DNA of 17,937 nucleotides from Waddliaceae bacterium (GTDB lineage: Bacteria > Chlamydiota > Chlamydiia > Chlamydiales > SLFE01). Shown piece after piece: positions 1 through 8,587 of the stretch. The stretch's first letter is position 1. Each line of letters opens with the position of its first letter. The DNA lies in assembly GCA_963783885.1 (NCBI GenBank), contig CAWAPJ010000039.1, positions 1-17,937 of the forward strand, written 5' to 3'. A program made the position numbers and the translations under genes. The notes under the pieces were generated by a model. It searched no databases. It was given only the letters and a program-made list of their open reading frames with translations, and had not been told where the DNA came from.

Positions 1-108
1 GCCCTTGTTCAACCATAATTCAATCATCATGATATTTTGTTTTACCTATACAGGGTGGTTTCTCTTCGTAAAAAGAATGTAAAGATGCAGAAAGACTTGG
101 ATCCTTTT

Positions 109-345
109 TTATTCATTGATCGATTTTCCTGATTGAGCAGGAAAAACAGCTTCTCCTACCTTTAAACTCAGTATAAAAGGTTCTTTTTTTATTTTTTTAT
201 AATCAGAAAAGCGCATCCTCCCAGTTACAAACCAACCATTCTCTCCATCTGCAACCGATACTCGCGCCAATACTCCTGGATAACATTTCCATAAATTAAT
301 ATCTGTAATTTGTCCAATAACCGCTAATAAAGTGTTTTCTGTCAC
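109..345 (-). CDS. Small hypothetical protein (78 aa), possibly a gene remnant
   Basis: GTG start preceded by SD-like AAGAGGGA; no recognisable motif. Confidence 0.4.
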   Translation of the reverse strand: MTENTLLAVIGQITDINLWKCYPGVLARVSVADGENGWFVTGRMRFSDYKKIKKEPFILSLKVGEAVFPAQSGKSINE

Positions 346-364
346 TCCCTCTTGTAATAAATGT

Positions 365-528
365 GGTTCTTGAGAAGAATTGGGGGCGGTCTTAGGTTAA
401 TTTCATGAAAAAAATTTGCTAAGAAAAAGCTCGTGCCCGTGCCCGCGTGCGTGCCCGTGCCCGATTTTATATCAAATTTTTTTCATCAGATTCCTCTAAT
501 TTTTAGCCCCCAATTCTTCACAAGAACC
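365..528. mobile_element. Palindromic MITE-like element (164 bp) with central GTGCCC microrepeat
   Basis: 23-bp terminal inverted repeat with 1 mismatch (365-387 GGTTCTTGAGAAGAATTGGGGGC; 506-528 reverse complement GGTTCTTGTGAAGAATTGGGGGC). Perfect 14-bp inner inverted repeat (405-418 / 473-486). GC-rich core of GTGCCC/GTGC units at about 432-463. No coding capacity. Confidence 0.65.
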
Positions 529-673
529 TAAAAATCTCGATGAAGATGCCGACAATTTAAGCGTGACAGAGCACTAGTCTGTAAAGATAAAATGCAAGTT
601 AACATTCATAATGTCGAGATGGTTCTTGTGGAATAGGTCAGGTTTTTGCAATGGATAGAGGTATGAATAGAAT

Positions 674-925
674 TTAGGCAGCTTTTTTCGAAATTACAGA
701 ATATAAATAGGCTGGTGAAATGTCTGCACCGTTATCCCAAACGATTGTTCCAAGTTCTTGATTCACTTTTACTGTTTTGAAATACTTGTGATCTTTCAAT
801 TTTTCAAAGATACCTTTAAATGGGATAATCTCAGAGATATTCACCTCTCCTTCCAAGCCGTCATCGAAACGCACAAACAGCTTATATTCACCAACAACCT
901 TAACTTCTTGTACATCACGCAACAT
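674..925 (-). CDS. DUF2442-family protein, putative antitoxin
   Basis: 83 aa with family-typical pattern YKLFVRFDDG...GIFEKLKD...F...GTIVWDNGADISPAYLY; lies 3 nt downstream of the DUF4160 gene. Confidence 0.85.
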   Translation of the reverse strand: MLRDVQEVKVVGEYKLFVRFDDGLEGEVNISEIIPFKGIFEKLKDHKYFKTVKVNQELGTIVWDNGADISPAYLYSVISKKAA

Positions 926-928
926 GAT

Positions 929-1189
929 TTACTCCAGTGGAGGAATTTTTTTTAATTCGGCAAATTTCTCCGCCAATTGCCAGTCTTCTCTCAATTCTTC
1001 TTGATGGATACTTGCCCATTCGATGACTAATCCTAATACTTTGGGTGGCAATTTACCATCGAGTAAGGCTAAATCTTCGATTGAAATCGTAGCCTTATAC
1101 TCATTGTATCTCACGTGAAAATGAGGGGGATTATGATCTTTATAAAACATTGCGATCACTATTCCCAGAAAGCGGCTAATCTCAGGCAT
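929..1189 (-). CDS. DUF4160-family protein, putative type II toxin
   Basis: MPEISRFLGIVIAMFYKDHNPPHFHVRY...GKLP...VIEWASIHQEELREDW...IPPLE is the typical DUF4160 pattern; SD AGAGGA upstream. Confidence 0.88.
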   Translation of the reverse strand: MPEISRFLGIVIAMFYKDHNPPHFHVRYNEYKATISIEDLALLDGKLPPKVLGLVIEWASIHQEELREDWQLAEKFAELKKIPPLE

Positions 1190-1244
1190 TTATCCTCTTA
1201 ATTTCAAAATATAATATTACCTGAAAAAAGGGAAAAAATCAAAC

Positions 1245-1334
1245 GTATTCGGCGGATAGGTGAAATATGGGTTATTGAAAATAATGGTTTACATTAAGAG
1301 ATATTTATCTCTTATTTGCAAACCCACCGAATAC
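1245..1334. repeat. Degenerate inverted repeat with an internal 20-bp palindrome
   Basis: GTATTCGGCGGATAGGTGAAATA (1245-1267) versus the reverse complement of 1313-1334, GTATTCGGTGGGTTTGCAAATA. Palindrome TAAGAGATA-TT-TATCTCTTA at 1295-1314. Confidence 0.5.
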
Positions 1335-1398
1335 AAATTTATACAAATACCTGCTATGCTAAGCTATTTATAATTAATAGTTTCGAGATACAAACCGC

Positions 1399-4288
1399 TC
1401 AATCCGAAACTTCAATCCTCTCGAGCTTTTGAGCTGCCAGGTCGAAATGAGGCCACCGATGCCAAAGGGCGTAATCGCCGATAATGTAGAATCGCAGGCA
1501 TGCGCGAGTGACTGCGACGTTCAAGAGATTCGGCTTGCGGGTTGCCCACTCAAGAGCACCGAAAGTTGTCTGGTCTCCTCCAAGAACAAAAAAGACAGCT
1601 GATGCCTGTTTTCCTTGAAAAGAGTGCACGGTCCCAACAGCCTCTCCCACCCATGAACGGAGCGATGCATTGAATTTGACTTCGAAAAGCTTTTTTATGG
1701 TCTTTTCCCGCACGATGAGATGCTGGATTTGCCGCACCACTTCGCGGAAGGGGGAAATGACAAAAACATCGGGGGTGTTCATCTTGTTCAAGAGGCTGGT
1801 AAGTTGATGGATAAGAGCGGCTCCTTGAGCGGGAACGTATTGACGATCCGTGACATTTCCGGGAATGTCGTACCAGCAACTCTTCGGCAAGGAGCAAAGA
1901 AGGGATTCTGTAGCCAGCACCATGCTGTTTTCATAGGCGATCTCATTGGCAATAGAGAACATGGGTTCCATGCAGCGCCGATGGACCCTGAGAGGGGCCC
2001 CCAGCCAAAAGGAAACCTCCCCAACATGACGTGTCATTCCATATTTGGAAGCCGCATCCATCAGGTTTTGTACGGAAACTCGGGAAGGAGCCCAAGAAAG
2101 GAGGTGATCCTTAAGCCGAAGTTTAGCCATGCCATCGACAACTTCCGGGGGGATGGTGCAAATGGGTTCAATCTGGAAGGGATCGCCGATCGAAAGAACT
2201 CTTTTTGCCCTCCAGATCGCGCCGACAGCTGCCTGAGGCAGCGCTTGTCCGGCTTCGTCGATGAACACCCAGCCGAGGCTTTGAGGTTCTAAATATCTGA
2301 AGAGACGGGCCACGGAAGCAAACGTCGAAGAAAGGAGGGGGATAAGCAGAAAAACGCTCTGCCAGACAAGAAGGGTATCGCTTGCAGTTGTCGGATTTTT
2401 TCCTTGGAGAAGATTCGAGATAGCCATGAGATTCCCCCCGGAATCCTCCTCTCTGCCGGAGGGTTTCTGCGAGCCAGGCTTCATGAAGGGCTATGGCCGC
2501 GATAAATAATTCTGTACGGATATGGTTGAGCGCAGCCGTTTGATAAAATCCCTGTTTTTGATTTTCAGAGTCTTCAAGAGAGCCATCCGGTATGCGGGCA
2601 TCCCGGTGGGCTCTTTTTAACTTTTCATAAAAGTTTTTGCATATGTTTTCCCAAAGAGCATCATCGAGCAGCTCGAGCTCTTTAGCTTCTACGTTTTTGC
2701 GAAGCTCCTTCAGTTCTTCCTGAATTTTTTGAATATGCTCCTTGCGTGTATGGAGTTCGTCTATAGCGGCAATTTGCTTCCGTGCATACTGTCTGGACTG
2801 ATTAGACCATTCGTTCCAGCTTTTCTCTTTGGCCAGCCGCTTCCAGATTGCGGGACGCTGCTGATTCCAAAGTTCTACCTGCTTTTCGACAAGATCGAGA
2901 CGCATTTTGGCTTCTTCCTCTTCTTTTCGGAGCTCATCGAGCCCAGCTTCCCTGGCATCAGTTATCTTTTCTAACTCCAGCAGTTCGCTAAGCCCCTTGT
3001 CATGAAGAGATCCTGCTCTCCTTATCTCATCGTGCAGATAGGCGAGGTCATCAAGCGCATCTGCCAATGCCTCATGCCGGCGCTGAAGGGATAAAAACCG
3101 ATCCCTGGCTTCGGCGAATGAGGGGCCGCTATACTCGCCGGCCCAATCCCAAATTCGCTTTCCTTGCAGCTTGTCGTCGCGGCTGATAAAAACCCTATTG
3201 ACTAAGCGGCGGCAATTTTCCACATTGCCCAAGGCGGCGGAAATCAAACCCCACGCTTCATTTTTCTCAAGGTCAAGCAGCCTGCCGGCAACCGGCTCTA
3301 AATAGGATGTATGAGCATAGGCAGGGTCCAACTGCCTGCGGAGGGGTAGTTCATGCGAGAGATTTTGGACAGCCGTATTATTGGAGGAAACGACAACCAT
3401 TTCGTACCCAAGCAAAGAAGGATGAAGGGTACTGACATAGACAGGATCTCCCCCCTCGAAACCAACAGCGATTGTCCCTGTGAAGGCGGCTTTGGAGCGA
3501 GTAAACTGCGCGAGAGCCTCTGCTCTTGCTACGATATTCTCCGCGATAATCTCCCGAAGGAGGGTCGTCTTTCCTGTACCGGGGGGACCGTTGACCGAGA
3601 AAATGCCGCCCTCGGCGAGAGAACACATCGTTTGGTTGACGGCAAACTGCTGCATCAATGCCTGTTGATGGGACCTGCTTGCAGGCCAGCGGCCTTTTGG
3701 CAGCTTCTCAGGCTTCAGCGCTTCGAGAACCGCTGCCTCGCCCCTGTCTCCCTCTAGAAGGACCCGCTGCTTGCATTTTCTGCTCAAATAGAGATCAAGA
3801 GGGGTCCCTTTTTGGGAAAAAAGGGAAGCGCCGGCCCTTTCCAGATCTTGGATGTAGAAACTATTCAGGATGGGAACATTTTGTTCCGAATCAAATTTTG
3901 AATTTTTTGCCGTTCTTACCACTTCGCACGTTTCGATTAACGCGATCGGATAATCGAGGGGCTTAAAGCCCGCAAAACGGAAAAGAATCTCTACCAGATG
4001 GCTGATAGCTTTATGATCCAGAACACCTGCCTGTTCTTTAGGCAGGCGCACGACCCTTTTCGAAAGTGTTGTGATAAACTCTTCATCCAGATCTTTTAAG
4101 AGGCGCTGAACCGCTTTCCAATAATTTTCCATTGTGAGAAACGACGACTCCTGATTCAACAGGCGCCCGTGGGCCCAGGGCAAAGTCGAAAGGGAAAGAG
4201 TTCCCAAAAGCGGAGTGCCGAACTTCGTGACCGAAAGTTTGGCAAAGCAGCTCATCGTCGCATCTGAGCCGCACTGCCTCCAGCCCAC
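1399..4288 (-). pseudogene. Superfamily 1 helicase, DNA2/NAM7(UPF1)-like (AAA_11/AAA_12), frameshifted and probably 5'-truncated
   Basis: ORF 2168-4288 has Walker A GPPGTGKTT, motif Ia VVSSNNTAVQN and a coiled-coil insert. ORF 1399-2484 has DEAGQ, GDPFQIEP, HRRC, GTVHSFQGKQ and NVAVTRA. Removing one G from the G6 run (plus-strand C6 at 2434-2439) joins them as ...RGGFRG-NLMAISNLL..., about 960 aa. Confidence 0.85.
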
Positions 4289-4303
4289 CGACTGCCATAC
4301 ACT

Positions 4304-4822
4304 CGGCTGCTCGGTTACATCAAACGCGACAAGAAAAATTTAAAAACCACTGAACGGGGCCGCTGTCTCGTCGCACTGATCCGGGATCCCTCCTTGAAAT
4401 CGGTGGAGCTGACCGGAGAGTGGGAAGCCAAACTGAAGTCGATCGAAGAGGGAAAGTTCTCTCCGGATACTTTCATGAAAGAAATCGCGCACTTCACACA
4501 CAGCATCCTTAAGACAAGCGACATCTTATCCGTTCAAGGAAATGCCCTGGGATTATGCCCTCTTTGCGAGAAGCCGATTATCGAAGGAAAAAAAGGTTAT
4601 GGATGCTCGGCGTGGAAGAGCGGCTGCAAATTCGTTCTTTGGAAAGACCAGCCTGGAATTCGTCTGCAGCCTGCGCAGGCGCGCTGCCTGCTGCAAAAAG
4701 GAATCCTTTTCACTCCTGAGGGCCGATCGATTCTGACCTTAAACAAAAAAGGCCGGCTCACAAAAATACCCATACCTAAGGTGAGAGCACGTGTGAAACC
4801 GAGCTCACAGAGTGACTGTTGA
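4304..4822 (+). pseudogene. topB: C-terminal fragment of DNA topoisomerase III (type IA)
   Basis: The frame extends upstream of the listed ORF: LLGYIKRDKKNLKTTERGRCLVALIRDPSLKSVELTGEWEAKLKSIEEG, followed by zinc ribbon CPLC...GYGCSAWKSGCKFVLWK. Toprim and catalytic Tyr regions are absent; in-frame stop at 4265-4267. Confidence 0.82.
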
Positions 4823-4868
4823 AATGATTTTTTAAGATGCTCTATCACGAATGCTCATCCTACCATAT

Positions 4869-5603
4869 TTAGTAATAAGCTGAGGATCCTTCATATCTCG
4901 ACTTTTTTTCACATAAGGTTAAAATAATAATTCCCATCAAGGGATAAAATACGCATTGGAGTACCACCATCGAAATTGAAATATCAAATAATGATGTGCT
5001 ATTTCTAAGGTGTTCACCTAACCTTGTCGGTAAATAAAACGCTATCATTTGAATCCATGAAGGAAAAAATTCCGAGGCAAAGAATACGCCTGACAAAAAT
5101 AGAAGGCTGTTGTTAAGAATATTAACCAGCCAACCTGTGTCTTTCAAAATTAATGTAATTCCTGTTAAAGCAAACGATATACCCATCAACGACGGAAGAA
5201 TTCCAACCATGATTAAATATGTCGAGAGTGAAATTGTTTGAAAAGTCACAAAAAAATGGAGAATTTGCAGAACAAAAAGTATTGAAAAAACTCTTGTTAT
5301 GGCCGCAACAATTTTGGCTGCAAATAATTTTTTTAGAGAAAAAACAGACAGATAATTCTGTTCAAATGTTCCAAGATTCATCTCATTAGCAATTTTCCCT
5401 GATAAATCGCCAATGAGAACAATAGAAAAAAACCATATTGAATAGGAGTCAAATGAAAAACCCCGAGTTTCAGATAAAAAGGAGAGGTAATAATAAAATA
5501 CTGAAACTCCAATCAGTTCACCAAGCCATTGAAAACGATAGGAAAAGATTGTATAAATTTCCTTTTGAATTTCATTCATAATTAACCGTAGGAACAAGCT
5601 CAA
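4869..5603 (-). CDS. ABC-2 type exporter permease
   Basis: About 6 hydrophobic segments; NEMNLGTFEQNYLS and FLSGVFFASEFFPSWIQMIAFYLP are typical ABC-2 motifs. Starts 1 nt after the ATPase stop; an alternative ATG lies at 5579. Confidence 0.85.
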   Translation of the reverse strand: MSLFLRLIMNEIQKEIYTIFSYRFQWLGELIGVSVFYYYLSFLSETRGFSFDSYSIWFFSIVLIGDLSGKIANEMNLGTFEQNYLSVFSLKKLFAAKIVAAITRVFSILFVLQILHFFVTFQTISLSTYLIMVGILPSLMGISFALTGITLILKDTGWLVNILNNSLLFLSGVFFASEFFPSWIQMIAFYLPTRLGEHLRNSTSLFDISISMVVLQCVFYPLMGIIILTLCEKKSRYEGSSAYY

Positions 5604-5604
5604 T

Positions 5605-6234
5605 CTATTTCTCCAATGTTATGATCCTGGTGCAGGTTTGATTTATCCATTCATCGTCATGGGATGCTGCGATGATGAGTTTTTGGTTAGAACTTAGCAC
5701 TTTCAAATACTCGCTAAATGATATTTTCGAATTGACATCAAGTCCATTTGTCGGTTCATCCAAAAATAAAAACTTAGGATCATGGGCGAGTGAACAGCAA
5801 ATAGCTACTTTTCTCTTTGTTCCTAGTGATAGTTCCTCAACTCTATTGTTTATGTAATTTTTGATTCCAAAATAATCAAATAATCTGATTCCTTCTTTAA
5901 TCAGTGAGTTGGAAAACACCCCCTTTAAACCTGCAAAATATATGAAATTTTGAAGAGCAGTCAACCTCCAGTAAAGGTGGCGTGTACTATCGAAAAGAGT
6001 TCCGATATTTCCCATAAGGTTATTCCTTTCAAGCTGTATATCAGTGTTGTCATAATATATATGCCCTTTATCCGGAGCTAATATTCCACATAGAATTTTT
6101 AGAAATGTGGTTTTTCCCGAACCGTTCCTTCCGACAAATCCAATAATTTCCCCAGTTGAAAATCTATGGTTAGAATCAACAAGGATTTTCTTCCGATCAA
6201 ATGATTTTGAGACATTTTTTACTATTAAGGTCAT
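5605..6234 (-). CDS. ABC exporter ATP-binding protein
   Basis: Walker A GRNGSGKTT, signature LSLGTKRK, Walker B FLFLDEP, H-loop ASHD; TAATG overlap with the upstream gene. Confidence 0.95.
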   Translation of the reverse strand: MTLIVKNVSKSFDRKKILVDSNHRFSTGEIIGFVGRNGSGKTTFLKILCGILAPDKGHIYYDNTDIQLERNNLMGNIGTLFDSTRHLYWRLTALQNFIYFAGLKGVFSNSLIKEGIRLFDYFGIKNYINNRVEELSLGTKRKVAICCSLAHDPKFLFLDEPTNGLDVNSKISFSEYLKVLSSNQKLIIAASHDDEWINQTCTRIITLEK

Positions 6235-7055
6235 TAGATAATATTATTAAAATAATCAATAATCCTGTTTTGAAATCCTTCAATTTTAGAAGAATAATAG
6301 GGAATCGGTGAACTCATTCCAAAACAAATTGTTTTGCCGTTTACAAAGAAGAGAATCTCAAATATCCGATAAGAAAAAAGCTTTGCAATCTGAATGGAGT
6401 ATAGTTTAATTTTATTCGCTTGATCGCAAGTAAGTGAGAAACTTTTTTCACATTGATATATTCTGACATCCTTTCCAACTATAGATGAAACAACCGGCAC
6501 TCCATCCGGCTTAACAAATGCAAAGGAACTATCCTTTACTGAAGGGCGCCAATAGTAATAATTGTTTGGATTGGAGCAAACAAGTCTTGGATGATTAGTG
6601 TAATCAGCCAGGTTGCCGAGAAAGTATTCAGGGGTTGCCAACTTTGTTTTCAGTTTATGAATCATCTCCCATTGACGGGGGAGCGAATATCGATTTTCAT
6701 TTAACCCGAAGGCTCCAGGTTGTCCGAATGCTTTTGGAAATGCGGAGAGAGCAAACATGAGATAAGCGCGAAATTCGGATTTGGCATACTGTTGATCCTC
6801 ATGAACAAAATCAACAAATAACTCATCAGAAATTCCAAAAACTCTATTTATTAGATACGTGCTTTTGCAATTTTTGACGACTTTTCCATCTGGAAATTCC
6901 CATGAAACAGAAACACCTGATTCACTCACTTCGTCAAAAACTGATGCTTTGTCAAGGAAGTCACGAAGCGATATAGGATAGATATTTTGCAAACGATCCA
7001 ATAATGTCTTCGTGACTGGCTCATTTTTATGACTAAAAATTAGAATCGTACTCAT
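6234..7055 (-). CDS. Degenerate ATP-grasp-like protein (probable non-catalytic partner)
   Basis: N-terminal ILIFSHKNE strand, INR, and DQQYAKSEFRAYLMFAL...PG...SLPRQW...TPEY resemble the N-terminal half of RimK/graspetide synthetases. The FQE and E-x-N motifs are missing. ATGA overlap with the upstream gene. Confidence 0.55.
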   Translation of the reverse strand: MSTILIFSHKNEPVTKTLLDRLQNIYPISLRDFLDKASVFDEVSESGVSVSWEFPDGKVVKNCKSTYLINRVFGISDELFVDFVHEDQQYAKSEFRAYLMFALSAFPKAFGQPGAFGLNENRYSLPRQWEMIHKLKTKLATPEYFLGNLADYTNHPRLVCSNPNNYYYWRPSVKDSSFAFVKPDGVPVVSSIVGKDVRIYQCEKSFSLTCDQANKIKLYSIQIAKLFSYRIFEILFFVNGKTICFGMSSPIPYYSSKIEGFQNRIIDYFNNII

Positions 7056-7597
7056 CGATAGATGATATTTCCGTTTTCTACTTTACCGCATACTTGAGCA
7101 TGTTTTGAGACAATGACCTGTCCTCCTGGAACTTCAAAAGTAATATTTTTGTTTACTATAGTATTTCCGAGCAAATTAACGACTTGCGTCGAATTCGGAT
7201 TTTCTGTTTTTCGGATTAACAAACTATTGAGTTCGCAATCTTTAAAATTTGTATTCTCTGATGCAACACTCACTAATTCATTAAATTGACTGCCTCCTCC
7301 GGAAATTGAACCGTTTACTTTAGTCAAATTGACTTGCGTATTAGAGATGAATAATTGGCCATTTAAAACGACTTCTTCCACCGTGCTGTTGTGGAGGGCA
7401 AGTGAACCATTAACTGAAATGCTTTTCTTAATTGTACAATCATCTACAAGAATACTTCCATTACTATCTATTCGGTCAAGAGTTTCATTTTTATAGGTTT
7501 CTGAATATTGATAATTTGATTTCATAGAAGGTGCTCCACTTAGACCAATAAATGTTAGTATTAATAAAATAAAAAACTGTAATGAAATTTTGTTCAT
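7052..7597 (-). CDS. Secreted or membrane-anchored beta-helix (bactofilin-like) protein, 181 aa
   Basis: The likely start is ATG 7597, an ATGA overlap with the ATP-grasp stop, not 7699. Signal-like MNKISLQFFILLILTFIGLSG is followed by repeated xNGS/NGQ turns about 17 aa apart. Confidence 0.65.
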   Translation of the reverse strand: MNKISLQFFILLILTFIGLSGAPSMKSNYQYSETYKNETLDRIDSNGSILVDDCTIKKSISVNGSLALHNSTVEEVVLNGQLFISNTQVNLTKVNGSISGGGSQFNELVSVASENTNFKDCELNSLLIRKTENPNSTQVVNLLGNTIVNKNITFEVPGGQVIVSKHAQVCGKVENGNIIYR

Positions 7598-8439
7598 AAT
7601 ATATTTTCCTTTTTTTGTATAAGTGCTTTGATAAATGATTGAGTAAATTGGCTTCGGCTTGGATGATTGAAAGTGCTCCAGCCTGGCCCTGGATTGCATT
7701 CTAAGCAGAAGTATTTTTCACCTTGTTTGATAAAATCTATCCCAACGAATCGATTTTTCTCGATTGAAGCCAAGCTCTTACAAAACTTGTAAATACTTTC
7801 TGGTAATTTTGAAACGCAATATTCGATTGAACCTTTTGATGCATACCGGTAATCGATATGATCCTTTGAAGATACCTCAAGTGACCAACATTGGTTATCC
7901 AAAATGTGGACACGTTGATCGATTCCATTAACCCGTTCTTGAAAAAGAGTCGGTAGATATTGAAGATTATCCTTTTCCCAATCTTTATATTCTTTGCCTG
8001 TTGCCGCGATTGATCTCATGCTAGAGCATGACTTTGAAATTAGATCATCTTGAATTCGTTCATTTATCGCCTTAGCATCTCCCTTAATCAAATATGTTTT
8101 TGGAATTGTAACCGAAGAGCTTTTTGATTTGACCAAAGAGCGGATCGCTTGAAATGGCTTGGAAGAGTTTTGATAATGATCTCTTTTTTGTCCGATACTA
8201 TTACCTTTCCAAATATCCATAACCTCGAAAAATGCCATATGCTTATTGTAATAAGGATGGTCAACCACTACACCTGGATGCCTATGGTAAACGGAGATTG
8301 GGGATATTTCCGTATCTTTTGTAAAAAAGAGAAGATCGCCATTTCTGAAAATGAAGTCCCATGTATAACCTAATTCATCAAAATATAGATGCAGAACAGG
8401 TGCTGAGGAGATCGCTTCTGCATAGAATTTTTTTTGCAA
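7594..8439 (-). CDS. RimK-like ATP-grasp ligase (candidate RiPP maturase), main body; true N-terminus probably in the adjacent frame
   Basis: Motifs NSSKPFQ, IPKTYL, ISKSCSSMRS, PTLFQERVNGIDQRVH, IDYR, FVGIDFI and CLECNPGPGW (E-x-N metal-binding motif). The TTG start sits directly after an in-frame TAG and inside an A-run context. Confidence 0.88.
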   Translation of the reverse strand: MQKKFYAEAISSAPVLHLYFDELGYTWDFIFRNGDLLFFTKDTEISPISVYHRHPGVVVDHPYYNKHMAFFEVMDIWKGNSIGQKRDHYQNSSKPFQAIRSLVKSKSSSVTIPKTYLIKGDAKAINERIQDDLISKSCSSMRSIAATGKEYKDWEKDNLQYLPTLFQERVNGIDQRVHILDNQCWSLEVSSKDHIDYRYASKGSIEYCVSKLPESIYKFCKSLASIEKNRFVGIDFIKQGEKYFCLECNPGPGWSTFNHPSRSQFTQSFIKALIQKKENIL

Positions 8440-8584
8440 CTAAATCTTCCATGCTTGAAAGGATGACAATACTTTCATGAGTTTCTACATTGTCACCTTT
8501 TCTTAACTGAGGCATTTCAATGGTCTTCAATGTCGAACCAGGAACTGAAGGCCGAAATGATTTAGGAATAAAAGTTCTTTTCAT
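8378..8584 (-). CDS. 68-aa ORF; probably the frameshifted N-terminus of the ATP-grasp ligase and/or a leader-like peptide
   Basis: SIVILSSMEDLVAKK resembles the first beta-strand and helix of ATP-grasp maturases. Deleting one A from the A8 run (plus-strand T8, 8428-8435) gives ...EDLVAKKFYAEA..., a continuous 329-aa protein from 8584 to 7594. Confidence 0.55.
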   Translation of the reverse strand: MKRTFIPKSFRPSVPGSTLKTIEMPQLRKGDNVETHESIVILSSMEDLVAKKILCRSDLLSTCSASIF

Positions 8585-8587
8585 TCC

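Noticed and set aside
432..463. GTGCCC repeats as a CRISPR array or iterons
   Set aside because: Units are only 4-6 bp with no spacers, and no cas or rep gene is nearby.
1550..4298. Overlapping alternative-frame and antisense ORFs (e.g. 1720-2292 +, 3353-3757 +, 1550-1897 -)
   Set aside because: They are shadows of the GC-rich helicase gene and have no motifs.
7598..7699. Listed N-terminal extension of the beta-helix ORF
   Set aside because: It overlaps the ATP-grasp gene by about 100 nt; ATG 7597 gives an ATGA coupling and exposes the signal peptide.
7594..8439. Calling the ligase housekeeping rimK, or the cluster microviridin
   Set aside because: The context differs from rimK loci, and the peptide lacks the PFFARFL leader and TxKYPSD core of microviridins.
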